Shown here piece after piece: positions 13,541 to 24,766 of a stretch of DNA of 64,000 bases. Made by a program: the position numbers and the translations under genes. The notes beneath the pieces are model-generated. The model had not been told where the DNA came from and searched no databases. It was given only the letters and a program-made list of their open reading frames with translations. The stretch's first letter is position 1, and each line of letters begins with the position of its first letter. Origin of the DNA: Syncephalis fuscata S228 (taxonomy: Eukaryota; Fungi; Zoopagomycota); the NCBI GenBank assembly GCA_025786725.1, contig JAHLTZ010000007.1:310001-374000 (forward strand), written 5' to 3'.

Positions 13541-15070
13541 ATGATGTCAAATTTGAAATGGAATCAAGTTGCAATGATAAGCAGCATCTTGGCACTAGTA
13601 TTTATTGTTCAGCCTATATTTGCTACACCGCGTAAAGCCAATTTACCCGAAGGTAGATTATTATACCAGATACTTTATGCGTCCATACTAATAGCATTGA
13701 TATATAGATGTATTTGAACCTGATCCACCGCAAGTATACGATGGTATTGATATACCCGCTGGATTTGAACAAGGTGAAGAGACATCATGGGAGCAACAAC
13801 TACAAGGCATGGATGTGAATGTCATGTGCCGCATACGAAACAATCTCAATGATAAATTTCGATTTCTTCAGGTATTTATTAAATATTGCCAATATTACAA
13901 CTAGCTAAGCAATTATAAATCTAGGACCTTAGCCGCAAACGAGTGCTATTACAAAATGATCCCGGACGCCAGTATGTTTTACACCCGCAACGCTCGTTCA
14001 CTTTTCGAGGCAAGCGCTGTTTTGTTATGCCTCGCTCAGTTGATGAAAATTTGAATGACTTTTATTTAAATTACATACCATCTTTGGCTGAAGCTAAATC
14101 GATTTTATCATTTTTCACTAAATTGATACAAGGTAGGCCTAGCCGATATGTTTGAGTATGCACAGTAGCTCATAATGAAATATGATTAGGTATTAATTAT
14201 ATCCACAAAGTTGGATGGACCAACATTAGTTTAAATGAGTTCAGTAAGAAAATGTCGCATTAACATTTAAGCCATTGCTAACTATAAATTATAGGCATTG
14301 TTGTTAGATCAAATCTCAGTAAATATCCTGTTATCAATGTAATGAAAATTGAACAGCTAAGACGCATCAAATTTAAAAACAATATTGTAGTACTGATAGC
14401 TGCACCTCAAATGAAACTATTATATCTTCCTGAATGGATCAAAAATACTAAAATCGATCCACGTAAGGCTGATCTATGGAGAATCGGCGAACTTTTTTAT
14501 GCTTTCCAATATGAATTCTACTTTAAGATGCCAAAAAAATCCACTAAGCAAATTTTAGAAGAAACTTTTTCCAAAATGCCAGACGTTAAGCCAGAACTCC
14601 ACGACACACAACAGCAGTTCAAAAGATTTATGCCATACTTCAAGAAACTTATTGAAGATAGCTATCAATCTGGATTAATAACAAAAAATAACGGTCGAGC
14701 TATTCTATTAAATACGAACAGCGGATTTCTAAAGAACAGCATTGATATATCGTTGTCGCCAATCAAGCAAATTTATTTAACGATAGAAATGCTAGACTTA
14801 TTCATTGCTGCGCAAAACTGTGTTTTTGGAAATAAGCCATTGCGAGGATACTCACAGTTTTTGCTTAATGGGCTCTTCCAACTAGGAATATATAGCATGC
14901 TTCCTGATATATATATAGCACATCCAAATGAATATACTCCCGTATTAGACATGCTAAATAGGCTGCTAACACTCAATCCCGAAGAGCGATTAACGCCGGA
15001 CCAATACTTGAGACAATTTGATAGAAATACAAATGCCAACCTTTTGCATGTATCTGATCAACAAAATTAA
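13541..15070 (+). CDS. Secreted protein-kinase-fold protein (probable pseudokinase), 437 aa
   Basis: Exons 13541-13652, 13708-13871, 13925-14132, 14190-14243 and 14295-15070 splice in frame. N-terminal signal peptide (MISSILALVFIVQPIFA). Kinase C-lobe motifs GINYIHKVGW, YLPEW, KADLWRIG and LLTLNPEERLT; no HRD or DFG. Confidence 0.75.
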
Positions 15071-15797
15071 CTATAAAACACCAGTATGATAGACAATTAC
15101 TTTTAGTAATAAACATTAACATTTGCATCAAGTGTGTTTTATAGTGAAATAGTCGACGCTAAATGGCTGGATGATGGCAGAAGCAAATAAATAAATACAC
15201 CACAGTATTTGTATCATATTAATCGTTCATCAAACATGTTAGTATACTAATCAATGTTGATAGCAAGCCAGATACACTGTCAAGCAGTAAGAGGCTAGGT
15301 GGGAAATTAGTACAAGCATAATTAGCTGAATACAAAGCCTCTTGATTTATATGTAATATTTGATACTGCTTAGTGTACAAGCTGTCACATAGACGGCATC
15401 GCAGTTGAAGCTACAATAAGAGCAAAACTAAAATTGGTCACTAAGGCTGTCTGTATGGCTATCATAATTAAATCAATGACAATCAAGCGTATATTTGAAC
15501 AGTGGGATATAACAAGGATTTGAATATGGATCAATCAACCGATGTAGGATTTACACATATATAAAGAAGCACATGTGATATTTTTATCTAGGCTTCACAA
15601 GAACTGTACTAGTATATTGATAATGTAATAAAATATATTGTTTATAGAGATTATAGCATATAATTAAAAAATAATTGAATACAATGAAAAAAATAGATTT
15701 CATAATAACTTGAATATTGATAAAACGCTAGTCTTCAAACTTAAATTTGAAACTATTGGCCCAATGCTATAAAAATATGCAACAGTATTAGAAAAGC

Positions 15798-17091
15798 AAT
15801 TTTAACGTGATTAGGTGGTAAAATGCAATGGCATATGAATTAGAAATATTAGTCATTTAATTAATAAAGCGTTACTAATAATACGTATAACTTTACGTAT
15901 AATAAAGCAAGTTGTCTGATACTTCGCATAAGTGTGTGTATAACATATAGGTAGCTATTGACAAAGTATACCGCAATTACATAGCGTGATAGTGTAATGG
16001 TAGTGATAATACGTTAATAAATGTGCAAAAATAGCAGTTTTTTACTGTTTATGGCTTGTATAATTAAAATACAGCAAAATAGTTGGCAGATTCAAGTTCC
16101 CCATGCTAAGCTTTACCGTCTGGTATAAGATTTAGAACAATGATTTTTGCAACAAATGTTAGTCAAAAATGCAGTCTACGTATAAATTAACAAAAAGTGA
16201 CTAGACTTTATAATTTCAAGCAATTTAATACTAATAATTAAATTTGGCTTAAAGTAAATTCAAAGCGTTCTACAACACTAAAACAAGCATAATAAGTTGT
16301 TATACATAAATAACGACATATAGTAGTAAGTTATGCCATATATTTACATATAGCAGTTTTTCATTAAGCTACTTATGTAAATCGTATTTTTGACTAACAT
16401 TTGTTGCAAAAATCATTGTTCTAAATCTTATACCAGACGGTAAAGCTTAGCATGGGGAACTTGAATCTGCCAACTATTTTGCTGTATTTTAATTATACAA
16501 GCCATAAACAGTAAAAAACTGCTATTTTTGCACATTTATTAACGTATTATCACTACCATTACACTATCACGCTATGTAATTGCGGTATACTTTGTCAATA
16601 GCTACCTATATGTTATACACACACTTATGCGAAGTATCAGACAATTTGCTTCATTATACGTAAAGTTATACGTATTATTATCGATGTTTTACTATATGTA
16701 TTTAAACAATGTAAACTGCATTTTTGACTAACATTTGTTGCAAAATCATTGTTCTAAATTTTATACCAAGCGGTACATCTTAGCATGGGGAACTTGAATC
16801 TGCCAACTATTTTGCTGTATTTTAATTATACAAGCCATAAATAGTAAAAAACTACTATTTTTGCACATTTATTAACGTATTATCACTACCATTACACTAT
16901 CACGCTATGTAATTGCGGTATACTTTGTCAATAGCTACCTATATGTTATACATACACTTATGCGAAGTATCAGACAACTTGCTTTATTATACGTAAAGTT
17001 ATACGTATTATTAGTAACGCTTTATTAATTAAATGACTAATATTTCTAATTCATATGCCATTGCATTTTACCACCTAATCACGTTAAAATT
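15798..17091. repeat. Foldback-like palindrome 1
   Basis: Arm 15798-16170, spacer 16171-16385, inverted arm 16386-17091 carrying one extra ~334-bp tandem unit. Confidence 0.9.
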
Positions 17092-18238
17092 TCTTTCAAG
17101 ATATTAGCTCAGGATTATATATTTACTATATATAGAAAATAGAATAAAAAACTCATATTTAAGTGTGCAATACACATTGAATCATTTATCCAGTAATGCT
17201 CATATTAGATCATAATGAAAATATTTAATTATATTATTTAATCCGGGATGTCAACTATTTTACATCATTTATTTATTTCAATACATTCGCTGCTTATTTT
17301 TAATTATATTGCTTTATCTTCTAATTAGTTTTCTTTTTCATGGTATCTATTAATTGTCACTGGCGTGATTATTGATTAGTATACGTACTTAATTCATTTA
17401 ATACATAGTTTGGTAATAGTTTTAACTAAACAGCACTATTTCCAACAGTGTGAGCGTACTAATCGTACAATGCTCAATAATGTAACACTTATAACAATAT
17501 AAGGAAGGCCAAAGTAAATAATAAAACATTCTTACCATCTTATTTCTAGTTGTACTATATATAGTTTATATCATTCGTAAATGAGCAGTAATCCAGCAAA
17601 AAAATTATGTCAATCATATGTTAATTATATTTTTACATTATTATTTCATTACTTAACTCACTAAACAGCAATAAAAAATAGTAGGCAGTACTGTTTAATT
17701 TTTTGGAAACTATACCCTGTTATCACATTAAACCAATACGATAACAAGTCGGCTATATGACAATTCGACCATTGGTACAAGCTACATTTATTGTTTCTAG
17801 AAACAGTTCCGGTGTACCATTATGTTTTTGCTATTGCTTTGCCGCCAATCCTAATTCCCAATGGCTGCATACATTCCAAACAACGCTTAACACCAATACT
17901 GCACCAGCTTTAAGGCACTGAAATTGCATTTTTGCTTATAACACACTTAAAATAGCTCAACACTTCAGTGTGCAATGCAATAATATTAATTATTTGACAC
18001 TTGTGCCATCCAGAAATATTATATTGGTATCTACCTCTACATTACTTATTTGAAAGGTAAATGATACAGCTATTGCTTTTAGCGAAACAACAACAGGTGT
18101 GTAACATTTGTTGCTGCGTTCATTGATAATATTAATGTTTAATAGTCGCAGTTTTCCTAAACATGACATAATACTGGCAATACAGCTGCTCTTATATTCA
18201 TATACACATCGATAATGTATAATAAAGTTTTATTTTAT

Positions 18239-18904
18239 TTATGATCTGTGATAAATCAATGATTTTATCTCATCTTCGGATACATTATCAAAGTTTATTG
18301 GCTTCTTTTCAATGCTAATACGTTCGGATTTTACTGATTCATTTATTGAAGGTGAAGGTGATGTATTGTAGCGTGATTCTTTGTTAGCTTTCTTTAATAG
18401 CGATGTAGAAAATAGCTGGCTTCCATTGAAGCTTTTTGGTCTAACCTTAGCTAGTGTCTCCTTGTTTTTGGTAAAAAGATTCGAAACGCTGAGCTTTGTT
18501 TTAAGCGATGACGAACTCAAGCGTTTATGTTTCGGTGGCAGTGGTGGTAGCGGGCGATCCTTATTTTCAGCACTTGGTCCATGTAATATATTTTTCTTCA
18601 GCTCTTCAGTACCTCTATTTGACCAATGTTTGGGTGGTTTTGGTGGCGGTAAAACTTCGACTTTACTATTTAAATAGTGTTCATCACTAAGTGCTTGTAA
18701 TGGACGATTGTTATTGCTAAAACTCGGTTTATGCAATATAGGTTCATCTAGCTCTTTACTACTTCTATTTGACTGATGCCGCGGTGGTGGCGGGATTTCA
18801 AATTTACCGTTTACATAACGTTCATTATCAGCTGGTGCTGCCGCGATAAATGCCGTAAACGCAGCAAGATTACTTAGTATTATAGCAATAGCAAGCACAC
18901 GCAT
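18239..18904 (-). CDS. Secreted proline-rich protein, 221 aa, with internal duplication and RPLPPLP motif
   Basis: Intronless ORF; signal peptide MRVLAIAIILSNLAAFTAFIAA|AP; two ~48-aa repeats; TATA-like run upstream (~18980-19005). Confidence 0.75.
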   Translation of the reverse strand: MRVLAIAIILSNLAAFTAFIAAAPADNERYVNGKFEIPPPPRHQSNRSSKELDEPILHKPSFSNNNRPLQALSDEHYLNSKVEVLPPPKPPKHWSNRGTEELKKNILHGPSAENKDRPLPPLPPKHKRLSSSSLKTKLSVSNLFTKNKETLAKVRPKSFNGSQLFSTSLLKKANKESRYNTSPSPSINESVKSERISIEKKPINFDNVSEDEIKSLIYHRS

Positions 18905-19571
18905 TATAATTGTCGTATCAATTTGTAATTATAATAAAAAGAAAAAAATAAAATATACCAGAGACTATGCGCGTGAAGGCTATAATATATATGTATATAT
19001 ATATCAGCACATGTGCGTGGCATGTTCCAAAACTAAATACAAATGCTTAAACAAAACAACATTAGCACGTTTACAAATATTTATTGGATAATTACTTGAT
19101 TTATTTGGGTTACAATGCTTTTTATGGTCTATTGTCAAATGCACCCATGTTGTATTTGCATATTGGTTCAGATAATGCTTTGTCTTTCTTTATAGCTCTA
19201 TATGTGTGTGTATCTATATACAATTATTCAAAGCGGTGTATAACAAATACTCATATGTAAAAATGTGTTTACTAATTTTTGCTAATATACTACATGAAAA
19301 ATGCTACTAGTGATAAATCTATAAATAAATGATCATTTATTATAATTATAGTTTTATTCACTCTAAAATATTATTATTTATAATAATTATTTAATTAGAA
19401 GTATGCGATAAATGGTAAAATATAAATGATATAGTTAAACAAATTTTAGCTAAATAATTAATGTTATTAGCGTTATATATAGCTTGTAATACTTTTGTAA
19501 AAAATGTAATATTAAACAAGGTATTATTTTAAGTTTTGCTTTATGTACCATTTAAAACGCAAAATTATATC

Positions 19572-19643
19572 GGTTGCATGGTGTAATGGTTAGCACATCA
19601 GACTTTGAATCTGGGGACCTGAGTTCGATTCTCAGTGCGACCA
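19572..19643 (+). tRNA. tRNA-Gln(TTG)
   Basis: GGTTGCA...TGCGACC-A acceptor stem, anticodon loop CTTTGAA, GTTCGATT T-loop, T-run just downstream. Confidence 0.95.
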
Positions 19644-19810
19644 AACATTTTTGCACATTATTTTTAATAATGTGCAGTACTTTTGTGACTTTTTACATTT
19701 TTAAGCATTTGTCGGACTGTAAAATTTTGCTTAACGAATTACACGCTACAACTGGCAATAATTTACCATTACGAATATTAAGATAGTTACATGTAAGTAG
19801 TAGTAGCTTT

Positions 19811-20155
19811 TGGACTTTGAAATTTTGCCTGACTAAATTACACACCACACACCACTCCATCCAGCACTAAGTATTTACCATATGAATAGATAATTCATAT
19901 GATCAATCCGATGACCAGCCATATGAATTCACACCTGAGCTAACCCATGATTCTATGACAATCAACATCGTCAATATTATTGTCGACGTCATATTATCAT
20001 TATTATTATCATTACACGGTTATATTAATTATTTTAGTATATAAACCAACACATTTTATTAACAAATAAACAATAAATTGTTAACTGTCTTATCTACAAA
20101 ACACATTTTATTGATCAAGTACTACGATAGTCAGAAGGTAGTGACTTTGACGACA
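19811..20155. repeat. Copy of the tRNA-adjacent dispersed repeat
   Basis: Direct match to 9888-10260. Confidence 0.85.
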
Positions 20156-20156
20156 A

Positions 20157-21635
20157 TAGCTAATCAACATAGTTATACAATGCAGCCACTCTTAATACAT
20201 CCAATAACAAAGGGAGGCCAATAGTGCTGCTGAGTGTGTAGTACAAGTAAAGAAAATACGACATTATTTATTATTGCTTGTGAATGTGAAGATGTTATAT
20301 AGGCAAACACAAAGCGTAACTAGTGGGCTATTAGTAACACTACCGATAAGAATAGCATTAGTATGGATAATAGTTATGCTGTGCCGGGTATAGTTAGTAT
20401 AGATGTCGATAAACTAGTAGGTGCGTGTTATTAATGGTGTGCACCATACGCACATTATTACATATTACAATGGTGTATCTATTAATATATATTACTATTG
20501 GTACGTTACGATACTACTTAAACAATAGTGATATGTAATGGCCAACGCATCACCAAAGGTGCCTATTAATAAGGCAATTATTGTCATAATACGACTATTA
20601 ACCATTTATCAATCTAAATAACGATTATATTGCCACATGGCCAAGCAACAATATAACCACTAGTTATTTCTTTCTGTTATTATTTACAAATAATTCATTA
20701 TCTTTTTACTAATCTCTCAGCTTTACTAAAAGCTTTTGTTATAAAATCATTGTGATTGACCATCAGCGATAATGCAAAGTACTACTGCCATCTAAAGGTT
20801 GAGTCTTTTATTTAACAATGACTAGTCTATCTACAGTCCTTTTTAAATGGCATATTTTTGTTTAACCATTGATTCGTATTATGCTATTATTATATGTTGG
20901 TTTATTTCTTCACTATTAAACAATTTATTACCCATTTAGTGTGATTTGGGGTCAAATGAATTTATTTAATAACATTCGCGTAGCTGAACTACATTTTCGT
21001 TCTCTTGAACATGGGGACAAGTGGTGAGTTTTATTTAATCATTACATTATCACATTTGTTGTTTTCTGGTGGTCAAATGGCTGATATCTAATAATAACCA
21101 ATTTATTGAACATGATGATGAGCGGTGAGTGACATCAATTATAAATACTCATCACTGTAGATCCATTATCCAGTATGCATATATCCAGTACACATATATA
21201 CTCTATTCACCTATATCATTCCCATTCTGTCCCACACTGTTATATACCATTCTATGATATACTAAATACATTCTATTGTTTATATGCTTCAATATACATT
21301 ATTTATTTCACTTATTGCGCTATATGCACTATATTTTTGACATTGCTTTGCATGCTTTCTCACCGTATATCTAGCATTTTATATATCATTATATAATTGC
21401 CTAGCCTTCCTCTATTCAAAACTAGTTTTATTTTTGTTCTAGCGCTATTATTAATAAATCTCGACTAATTCCGCTCATCTACTCATGCATATATGCTCAG
21501 TAGCTTCAACACGGCTAATCGTCACTCAATGTTGTATATTCTTTATATTATATATAACTTTATTGTCTAGTAAGTACGCGCTAGCTATTGTAGCTATCCT
21601 TTTTGTTCTAGCGTTGTTATTGATAAATATCGACT
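20157..21635. repeat. Right arm of 1479-bp inverted repeat (partner 8103-9581)
   Basis: Reverse complement of 8103-9581; no mismatch seen in the stretches compared. Confidence 0.95.
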
Positions 21636-22508
21636 ACTGTTGGTCATCTGTTCATGCATATATGCTCATTATTTTTTACACAGCTAGTCATGTTCTTTCA
21701 TTATCTGGTCATTCTACTACATATCATTTTATCATTCTGCAATAGCTACACACTATATAACAGGACTAGCGCTAATGCTATGACAGTGATGACAGTTGGA
21801 CTCATCACTATATAGCATAGGTTATATGGGCTACACTTACTTCTTTCTATCACTTTTCATTACGTCACCATCACACTCTTTCTTTCTATTCCTTATTGTA
21901 CTTGCCATCTGTATTCTTTATTCATCACTTTCATATGTAATTATGATGGTAAGTAGGTATGCTATATGCACATCACGCTTGAGTCTATCTTTTCTGTCCT
22001 TCATACCATCTTACTTTGTTGTTGCTGTTGTCCGCCAAATATTCTCTTATTATTTACACTATACAGCGTGCATGTATGCTAGTCATCTACACTATATGCA
22101 TTCTGGTTATTGCACATCATTGTTTAATGCGCAGCGTTGCTTTGTCATCTGTTACAACTATTGAATAGTATTTACATTTTATATTGATATGTAGATTGTA
22201 CCACAGTAACCACAGTTACTTTTGTTATTATTCATTGTCTCGTTGGTATGAGTCATCTATCATATTGTGCTGATGATAACAGTAATTATATTAATAGATT
22301 ATATGCATATACTATTAGCATTATTATATGCCTATTTATTTATATGTAATATATCTATAATCATTGTTATTATTATAAGTGTACGCTTTATTCAATGCAT
22401 GATGCAATCTTGGGGGAGGGAAAGACTGCGTGTGACCAAATGACAGATAGTAACAGTTTTACGTAAAACAGAAATTACGAACGACCTGCAAAAAACTGCC
22501 TTCATTTC

Positions 22509-22626
22509 AACTACGTTCATTGCGCCTAGAAAGCACCGGATCCCGTCCGATCTCCGAAGTTAAGTTAGGCCGCGCTTCTGTAGTACTGCGGTGGGGGACC
22601 ACGCGGGAATGAGAAGTAATGTAGTT
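22509..22626 (+). rRNA. 5S rRNA
   Basis: 118 nt; helix I AACTACGTT/AATGTAGTT; GATCCCGTCCGATC, box A-like GAAGTTAAG, TAGTACT, box C-like GTGGGGGACC, GGGAA. Confidence 0.92.
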
Positions 22627-22634
22627 ACCGAATA

Positions 22635-22707
22635 GCCCGGTTAGCTCAATCGGTAGAGCGTGAGACTCTTAATCTCAAGGTTGCGGGTTCGACCCCCGCA
22701 TTGGGCT
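22635..22707 (+). tRNA. tRNA-Lys(CTT)
   Basis: GCCCGGT...ATTGGGC-T, TAGCTCAATCGGTAGAGC D-arm, anticodon loop CTCTTAA, GGTTCGACCC. Confidence 0.95.
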
Positions 22708-22709
22708 TA

Positions 22710-22715
22710 TTTTTT
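22710..22715 (+). terminator. Pol III T6 terminator, the first T-run after both the 5S and tRNA-Lys
   Basis: TTTTTT; no run of 4 or more T between the 5S start and here. Confidence 0.7.
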
Positions 22716-22761
22716 GTTGCGTTTGGTTGTACGTAATCTTTTTGCGGTAATTTTAAGTTAA

Positions 22762-23060
22762 CTGTCATCAAAATAGCTACTTTCTGACTATCGTAGTACT
22801 TGATCAATAAAATGTGTTTTGTAGATAAGACAGTTAACAATTGGATGTAAGATATTGTTTATTGGTTAATAAAGTGTGTTGGTTTATATACTAAAATAAT
22901 TAGTATAACCGTGTAATGATAATATGACGTCGACAATGATATTGACGATCAATATCGTCATAGGATCATGTGTTAGCTCAGGTGTGAATTCATATGGTAA
23001 ATACTTATTGCTGAATGGAAGTGGTGTGTAAATTAGTCAGGCAAAATTTCAAAGTTTGAC
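22762..23060. repeat. Inverted copy of the tRNA-adjacent dispersed repeat
   Basis: CTACTTTCTGACTATCGTAG...TTAGTCAGGCAAAATTTCAAAG is the reverse complement of the 9660, 9888 and 19811 copies. Confidence 0.85.
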
Positions 23061-23399
23061 ACTAGTAACAGGTAATAATTCACCATCACTTAGTTTTTAC
23101 CATATAAATTAACAACAATATGTATTCTCATCATCATAATATACTACTACTATTATATTAAGTAAATATTTAGTATGTAAATTATTTATTAATTAAATAA
23201 ATATAATATTACATCCGATTGTTTACTGTCTTACCTGTATTCACATACTTTTATTGTTCAAGCTAATACAATACTTAAAAAGTAGCGATTTTGATGACAG
23301 AGATAAATTAGAAAAGAACGCAGTGATGTGACTTTATAATGTTTAGATAATTGCGCTTTAAATACGTGAATTAATAAATGTTGATCATTATGCGAACAG

Positions 23400-23570
23400 T
23401 GTAACGATATTATATTCGTTACGGGAAATAATTGTATAATTTAAATATTATGCAATTATTTTCCCACAACACCTTAAATTAAAGCTCCGCAAAGCTTATA
23501 AATAACACACAATTTCTGTTTAATAAAAGATAATCTTTATTCCATTATATCCTATTTTACGGTTGTTACA
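23400..23570 (+). repeat. 5' LTR
   Basis: TGTAAC...GTTACA, identical to 28244-28414. Confidence 0.95.
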
Positions 23571-23571
23571 T

Positions 23572-23589
23572 TGGTAGCAACGGGTAGTT
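23572..23589 (+). promoter_or_regulatory. Primer-binding site, probably tRNA-iMet
   Basis: TGGTAGCAACGGGTAGTT; its reverse complement ends GCTACCA like eukaryotic initiator tRNA. The host tRNA is not in the window. Confidence 0.7.
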
Positions 23590-23597
23590 ACTAGTAT

Positions 23598-23770
23598 TTG
23601 CGTTTGTCGCACCGTTATTTTTGCGTTTGTCGCACCGTTTATTTTGCGTTTGTCGCACCGTTATTTTTGCGTTTGTCGCACCGTTTATTTTTGCGTTTGT
23701 CGCACCGTTTATTTTGCGTTTGTCGCACCGTTATTTTGCGTTTGTCGCACCGTATATCGCGTTTGTCGCA
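23598..23770 (+). repeat. 8-copy ~22-24-bp tandem repeat in the retroelement leader
   Basis: (T)GCGTTTGTCGCA(CCGT) repeated with T/A-rich linkers. Confidence 0.9.
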
Positions 23771-23886
23771 TTGTCCTCTTTTCAATTTTATTTTATTTTT
23801 GCTTATCAGTGTTTGAAAATAAGCACCGCTGTTTTAAAATTACGATTCAGTATATAGTACACGTTGAGACCGATTTTATTCTCACC

Positions 23887-24729
23887 ATGAATTCCCGCTC
23901 ACCACTCACACACACCGAAAAGTTCACCGGTGATTCCAGTTTGCCTGTGGAACATTGGTGTAACATGGTAGAAGACGCATGGGAATTGGGTACATTTACA
24001 GACGAACAAAAACGTATAATGGCGTCCCAACAACTATCGGGACCAGCGGCAGTTTGGTATCAATCGATACGCGGCGGTAATACGCCATATAGCACGTGGG
24101 AACAACTAAGGGACGGAATTTTAGAACGTTTTGGTGGCAATCGATCAGCGGACATCGCGCGTTTGGAACTCACACGATTGCGCTGGACAGAAGATAAAGA
24201 CATTGAAGAACATATTACAAATTTCACAGCACTGCGTAGTCGAATTCCAGATGCCGCTGACATGGAATTGGTTACGGCATTTCGACTTACATTGCCGCCG
24301 GAATACTTGACCGATTCGATACATAATAAACCCACCAATATTAACGAAGCTTACGCTTCCACACGTGCTTTCTATTACTCAAGGAAACATGGATTACAAC
24401 ACTTAATACCACCACCAACTAAATCTAATAACGGCCCAACACCAATGGATTTAGATACTATAGTCCAAGCTTTAAATAGTTTAGGTTTTATTAATAATAG
24501 CAACAGCAGCAATTACAATAACCGTAAAAATTACAATAACGGGCCTAGATGTTACACATGTAACAAACGTGGCCATCTAGCCAGAAATTGTAATCGCAAT
24601 AACAACCGTAATTACAATAACCGCGATAACAACAATCAACAGCAATCTAACAGCTTAGATTTACAATCAACAAATGTCGACGTCCAAGCAAACAACAACG
24701 TAATTCAGGGAAACGACAACCGTCAGTAA
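23887..24729 (+). CDS. gag: Gag (280 aa) with CCHC zinc knuckle
   Basis: EKFTGD...A..W...W..L..GILERFG capsid pattern, [22 protein letters not shown]. Confidence 0.9.
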   Translation: MNSRSPLTHTEKFTGDSSLPVEHWCNMVEDAWELGTFTDEQKRIMASQQLSGPAAVWYQSIRGGNTPYSTWEQLRDGILERFGGNRSADIARLELTRLRWTEDKDIEEHITNFTALRSRIPDAADMELVTAFRLTLPPEYLTDSIHNKPTNINEAYASTRAFYYSRKHGLQHLIPPPTKSNNGPTPMDLDTIVQALNSLGFINNSNSSNYNNRKNYNNGPRCYTCNKRGHLARNCNRNNNRNYNNRDNNNQQQSNSLDLQSTNVDVQANNNVIQGNDNRQ

Positions 24730-24766
24730 TTAAGTGCGGCACACTTACTGACGGCCAGGTTGCCGC
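24708..24766 (+). promoter_or_regulatory. -1 ribosomal frameshift signal (G GGA AAC plus H-type pseudoknot)
   Basis: In-frame slippery heptamer 24708-24714, 5-nt spacer, stem 1 CCGTCAGTAA/TTACTGACGG, stem 2 GCGGCA/TGCCGC; pol is in the -1 frame. Confidence 0.85.

Noticed and set aside
17830-17930. Short signal-peptide-like ORF MQFQCLKAGAVLVLSVVW... on the - strand
   Set aside because: Stops after 32 codons with no clear splice continuation; cannot be supported.
19574-19786. ORFs overlapping tRNA-Gln (and 22646-22840 over tRNA-Lys)
   Set aside because: Spurious translations of tRNA genes.
8103-21635. Autonomous giant transposon (Starship, Maverick or CACTA type)
   Set aside because: No recombinase, transposase or polymerase gene inside, and no TSD at the outer ends.
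23598-23770. CRISPR-like array
   Set aside because: No unique spacers, no cas genes, and it lies inside a eukaryotic LTR element leader.
23644-23886. N-terminal extension of Gag in the ORF track
   Set aside because: Starts at TTG inside the tandem repeat; the first ATG is at 23887.
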